A DNA stretch of 42,484 nt from Mycobacteriaceae bacterium (lineage in GTDB: Bacteria; Actinomycetota; Actinomycetes; Mycobacteriales; Mycobacteriaceae): positions 1 through 42,484 of the forward strand of contig JAPOHV010000001.1 of NCBI GenBank assembly GCA_029979305.1, read 5' to 3'. The notes beneath the pieces are model-generated. The model did not search any database and was not told the DNA's origin. It saw nothing but the letters and a program-made list of their open reading frames with translations. Positions 38,584 through 42,484 of the stretch are shown one piece after another; position 1 is the first letter of the stretch, and each line of letters starts with the position of its first letter. Position numbers and translations under genes: made by a program.

Positions 38584-41500
38584 TACTTCTCCTGCTGGGC
38601 CTTGGTGCGGTTACCGGCTTCGCTCTGGATGCGATTGATCGCTTCGCTCTGGATGCGATTGATCGCTTCGCTCATATGCGCGCCCACCTTGGCAATGTAC
38701 GGCTCGTCGATGGCCTGGATGTGCTCGCCCCCGATCGGCACCACCTCCAGGTCGGAGACGAACTCGCCCCAGCCGCCATCGGGCTTGCGGGTGCCGTAGC
38801 GGGGCTCGAACATGATGGCGTCGTCGTGATATCGGTCCGCCATGTACAGCGTCACATGCCCGTCGTACGGCTCGATGTGCGCGGTGTCGATGGCGCGGTT
38901 GTCCAGGTACGACGTGCGCTGGTGCTCGATCACCCCGCCGGGGATGTTGACGCCGCTGGCCTTGACCGCATCCAGGACGAACCTCACCTGGCCGTCGTCG
39001 TCGAGCACCTCGAGTTCCTCGTAGGGGATTGCGGGGATCTCAACGTTGAAGGTGCGCTGGGCGAACAGCGCGTAGCGGTCCCAGCGGGCCCGGATCTCCT
39101 CCTTGGTCTGCGGGATCTCCTCGCCGGCGCGCACGGTGTCGATCAGGCCGACGAACTCGACGTCCACGCCGGCCTTCTTCAGTCCGATGGCGCAGGCGTA
39201 GGCCAGCACGCCGCCCAGTGACCAGCCGGCGAGAATGAACGGGCCGTCACCGCCCATCTCGAGAAGCTTGGGCACGTAGATCGCGGCACGCTCCTCGATG
39301 GAGCCCTCGACCCGTTCCAGGCCGTACATCGGGGTGTCGGCGGGCAGCCTCTTGAGCAGCGGTTCGTATACCACCGTCGAACCGCCGGCCGGATGGAATA
39401 CGAAGACCGGGACCTTGGCCGAACCCTCGGGGCGGGCGCGCAGCGTGCGGACGAAGCCGTCGAGTTCGCCGGACTCCAGATGGTCGCGCACGGTGGTGGC
39501 CAGTTCCTCGATGGTCGCGGCGGCGCGCACGTCGTCGACGGTGATGGTGCCCTCGCACCGCTCGGTGAGGCGGGCGGCGATTTTGGCCGCGGTGTCGTCG
39601 TCGATCTTGGGCAACGGATTGAAGATGCCGCCGGGCGACTTGCCGGTGACGATGGCCCACGTTGCGAAAGTGACCCGCTCGGCGGCCTCGCGCGGGGGCA
39701 CATCGGTGCCCAGCGCGTCGATGACGGCCTGCTGGGTGAGCACTTTTGCAGCGGCGCCGGCGGCCGACGACTGCTCCGCGGCCGGACCGGCCGGATTGGT
39801 GGGCGGCGGTGGGACGGGCGCCGTCGGGCCGGCCGGATTGGTGGGCGGCGGCGGGACCGCGGCAGCCACATGCGCCTCGGGGTGCTTGGCGGCGAGTTTC
39901 TCTGCCAGCGCCTCGGGGATCTCGCCGGCGGCCAGCTTGGCCTGCTCGGCGGCGATCTCGTCGGCGGTCATACCCTTCTGGTGCTCGGCCAGTTCGGCCA
40001 CCTGTTCGCGGTTCTCGATCGCGTAGACGATCAGTTGTTCGACGGCATAGAGGTTGGCGTCGCGCACCGCGGTCAGCTGGATCGGCGGCAGGTCGAAGTC
40101 GTACTCGACGCGGTTCTTGATGCGCACCGCCATCAGCGAGTCCAGGCCGAGTTCGATCAGCGGCACCTCCCACGGCAGGTCCTCGGGCTCGTATCCCATG
40201 GCGCTGCCGACGATCAATCCAAGCCGGTCGTGCACGGTCTCCGCACCGCCGGGCGTCCACTTACCCAGCTGGGCGGCGACACCGGCGCCGGCGGCGAGGT
40301 TGTCGTGCAGGATGTCCGCGTCGTCAACCTGCTCCGGCTCCGGTTGTGCGACAGCGGTTTCAGCGACGGCCACGCCGGTGGCGACCGCGGCGGGCAGCGC
40401 GGCGGCGGCGCCGGCGCGCGCGACGATGGCGTCGTAGACAAGCGTGAACGACTCGTCGATGCGGGCGTGCACCTGCACCGAGGCGCCTCCGGGATGGCGG
40501 GTCAGCGTGGTGACCAGCCGCGCCCCCTCGCCGGGAACCGCCCGCTGTTCAGAGGCGGTCAACGTGGCATCCGGAAGCACCTGCACCGCAGCGGCTTTGA
40601 CCAGGGCCGCCAGGTCGGTCTGACCCTGCGCGGCGTACTCCCAGACATGCCGGCCGTCGGGCATGGCGACGTGCGTGCCGGGGATCAGCGCCGCACCGTC
40701 CGCCGAGAAGTGCGCGTTGAGCCAGTGCTCCTTGCGTCTGAAGCGCGTCGGCGGGATGTCGGCGTAGTCCCCGGGTTGCGAGGCCGGCGCGAACAGCGTG
40801 CGGAAGTCCAGATCGTGGCCGTAGACGTAGAGCTGGGCCATGGCCGCCACCATCGAGTCGACCTCGTCCTCCTTGCGGGCCAGGGTCGGGATCAGCTGTC
40901 CGTCGTGCAGGCCGGCCGACGCGGTGGTCAACCCGGCCTGCATGAGCGCCACCGGATTCGGCGCGAGTTCCAGGAACGTGGTGTGCCCGTTGTCGACGGC
41001 GTTGCGGATGCCGTGGGTGAAGTAGACGCTGTGCCGCAAACCCTTGCGCCAGTAGTCAACATCGTGGATGACCTCGCCGGGGCGGATGTAGTTGCCCTCG
41101 TGCACGGTCGAGAAGTAGCCGATCTTCAGCGGGTGGGCTGCGATACCCTGCAGTTCGGCGGCGAGTTCACCGAGCAGCGGATCCATCTGCGTGGTGTGGC
41201 TGGCGCCCTTGGTCTGGAACTTGCGTGCGAACTTGCCCTCGGTCTCGCAGCGCTCGATGATCGCGTCGACCTGCTCGGGCGGTCCGCCGATCACGGTCTG
41301 GCTGGGTGCGGCGTAGACGCACACCTCGAGACCGGGAAAGTCGGAGAAGACCTCGGCGATCTCGTCGGCGGAATACTCGACGAGCGCCATCAGGCGGATG
41401 TACTCGCCGAAAAGCATCGCCTCGCCCTCACCCATGAGATGCGCACGCGCACAGATGGTCCGGGTGGCGTCGGCCAGCGACAGGCCGCCGGCGAAGTACG

Positions 41501-42328
41501 CCGCGGCCGCCTCGCCCAGTGACTGACCGACCACCGCGGCGGGCTTGGCCCCGTGATGCTTCAGCAGTTCGCCGAGCGCGATCTGGATGGCGAAGATGAC
41601 CAGCTGCACCACCTCGATCGGGTACTGGCAGGTCTCGTCGGTGTAGTCGATCGAATCGTCGAGGATCAGTTCCAGGATCGAGTAGCCGCGCTCGTCCTGC
41701 ACCAGCGCGTCGACCTTGTTGATCCACTCGGCGAAGACGTCGTCGCGCAGGTAAAGACTCTTGCCCATCTTGCGGTGCTGGGCGCCGAACCCGGCCAGTA
41801 CCCAGACCGGCCCGTTGGTGACCGGGCCGTCCGCGCTGTACACCAGCGGGCTCTGCTTGCCGTCGGCGATCGCGCGCAGTCCCTTGACCGCCTCGTCGTG
41901 GTCGTGGGCCATCACCACCGCGCGGGAGCGGCCGTGGTTGCGCCGCGACAGCGACCGGCCGATCGACTCCAACGACGACGCGCGACCTTCGGCGCTGTCG
42001 ATCCAGTCCGCGAGTTCGGCGGCGGTCGCCCGCTTGCGTGACGTGAGGAATCCCGAAACCGCCAGCGGCACAATGGGGGCCGGCTTCTCGACGGCCTCCC
42101 ACTCCTCGCGGGCCAGTTCGAGCAGGCGCAGCGCCTCGTCGGTGAGGCCGGGCAGTTCCGGCTCCTCATCGGTCCGGTATTCCACAGCCTCGTAGTCGTA
42201 GGCGGCTACGACCTCGTCCTCGTCGTCGTCCTCGATGAGTACCCCGCCGACGTAGACGCCGCCGGAGGATGCAGCCGCTTGCTCGGCCTCTGGTTCCGGC
42301 TCGGGCTCGGGTTCGACGAGGTCCTCGG
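38583..42328 (-). CDS. pks13: Polyketide synthase Pks13, 3' part only (KS-AT linker, AT, ACP, TE); N-terminal ACP-KS absent
   Basis: AT GQSLG, ACP LGLDSL, TE FHPAGG and GWSLGG; homology stops at ~42328, and the ORF-track N-terminus (42329-42452) is not Pks13-like. Confidence 0.93.
38617..38673. repeat. Perfect 24-bp tandem repeat (about 2.4 copies) at the pks13 3' end
   Basis: GCTTCGCTCTGGATGCGATTGATC at 38617 and 38641, partial copy at 38665; encodes SEAINRIQ twice. Confidence 0.92.
39787..39851. repeat. Coding repeat with 42-bp period ([10 protein letters not shown] x2) in the Pks13 ACP-TE linker
   Basis: CCGGCCGGATTGGTGGGCGGCGG at 39787 and 39829. Confidence 0.8.
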
Positions 42329-42484
42329 CCGCGCTACAGCGGCCACGCGATCGCCGGCGTCTCCGGATTCGGATTCGGCGGCGCCAACGCCCACCTGGTG
42401 CTGCGCGAGGTGCTGCCCGACGATCTCGTCGAACCCGAGCCCGAACCGGCACCAGGGGCCGGGCAAGCGGCGGCGTCCTCCGGC
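42329..42484 (+). other. pks13: Inverted fragment of a second pks13 copy or allele (end of KS domain plus linker)
   Basis: Plus frame from 42329 reads [52 protein letters not shown] with no stop; 42416-42484 is an inverted repeat of 42261-42329 with 9 mismatches in 69 nt. Confidence 0.88.

Noticed and set aside
39787-39851. [10 protein letters not shown] repeat as a novel element
   Set aside because: Pro-rich repeats in the Pks13 ACP-TE linker are expected; listed only as a feature
42150-42320. Acidic EPEPEP/DDDEDE stretch as a foreign insertion in pks13
   Set aside because: Acidic, Pro-rich KS-AT linkers are an expected variable feature of Pks13
42329-42452. ORF-track N-terminus of the 1289-aa ORF as the real Pks13 start
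   Set aside because: It is the antisense reading of the inverted KS fragment; Arg-rich and not homologous to Pks13

Overview
GC-rich actinobacterial chromosome window, recognisably the mycobacterial cell-wall (arabinogalactan/mycolate) biosynthesis locus, syntenic with M. tuberculosis Rv3772-Rv3800c. Core genes: tRNA-Arg(ACG), tRNA-Ser(GCT), pat/hisC2, echA21, tRNA-Ser(TGA), Rv3777-Rv3779 homologues, bpa, wzt-glfT1-wzm, gtrA-dprE1-dprE2-aftA-embC-embA-embB, accD4 and the 3' part of pks13. Accessory genes: P450/SDR/TetR/DctA/DUF4345 at the left end, cysK-cysE, a MarR regulator, an Fsq-like flavin-binding gene, a small hypothetical gene, and a four-gene block between embB and accD4 (DUF222-HNH, PTS EIIBCA, Ser/Thr kinase, SCO6745-like). 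Most notable signals: (1) a DUF222-HNH gene with a stacked PafBC-type promoter, a perfect LexA box over its start codon and upstream DnaA-box-like motifs; (2) pks13 broken at ~42328 and joined to a diverged, inverted second pks13 copy (chimera or rearrangement); (3) single-residue anomalies in EmbC (Met-to-Ile at the EmbB306-equivalent site) and Wzt (Walker B Glu-to-Asp); (4) a 17-bp tandem repeat array just upstream of the embA promoter. Orthologue names rest on recalled motifs and synteny; no database search was run.
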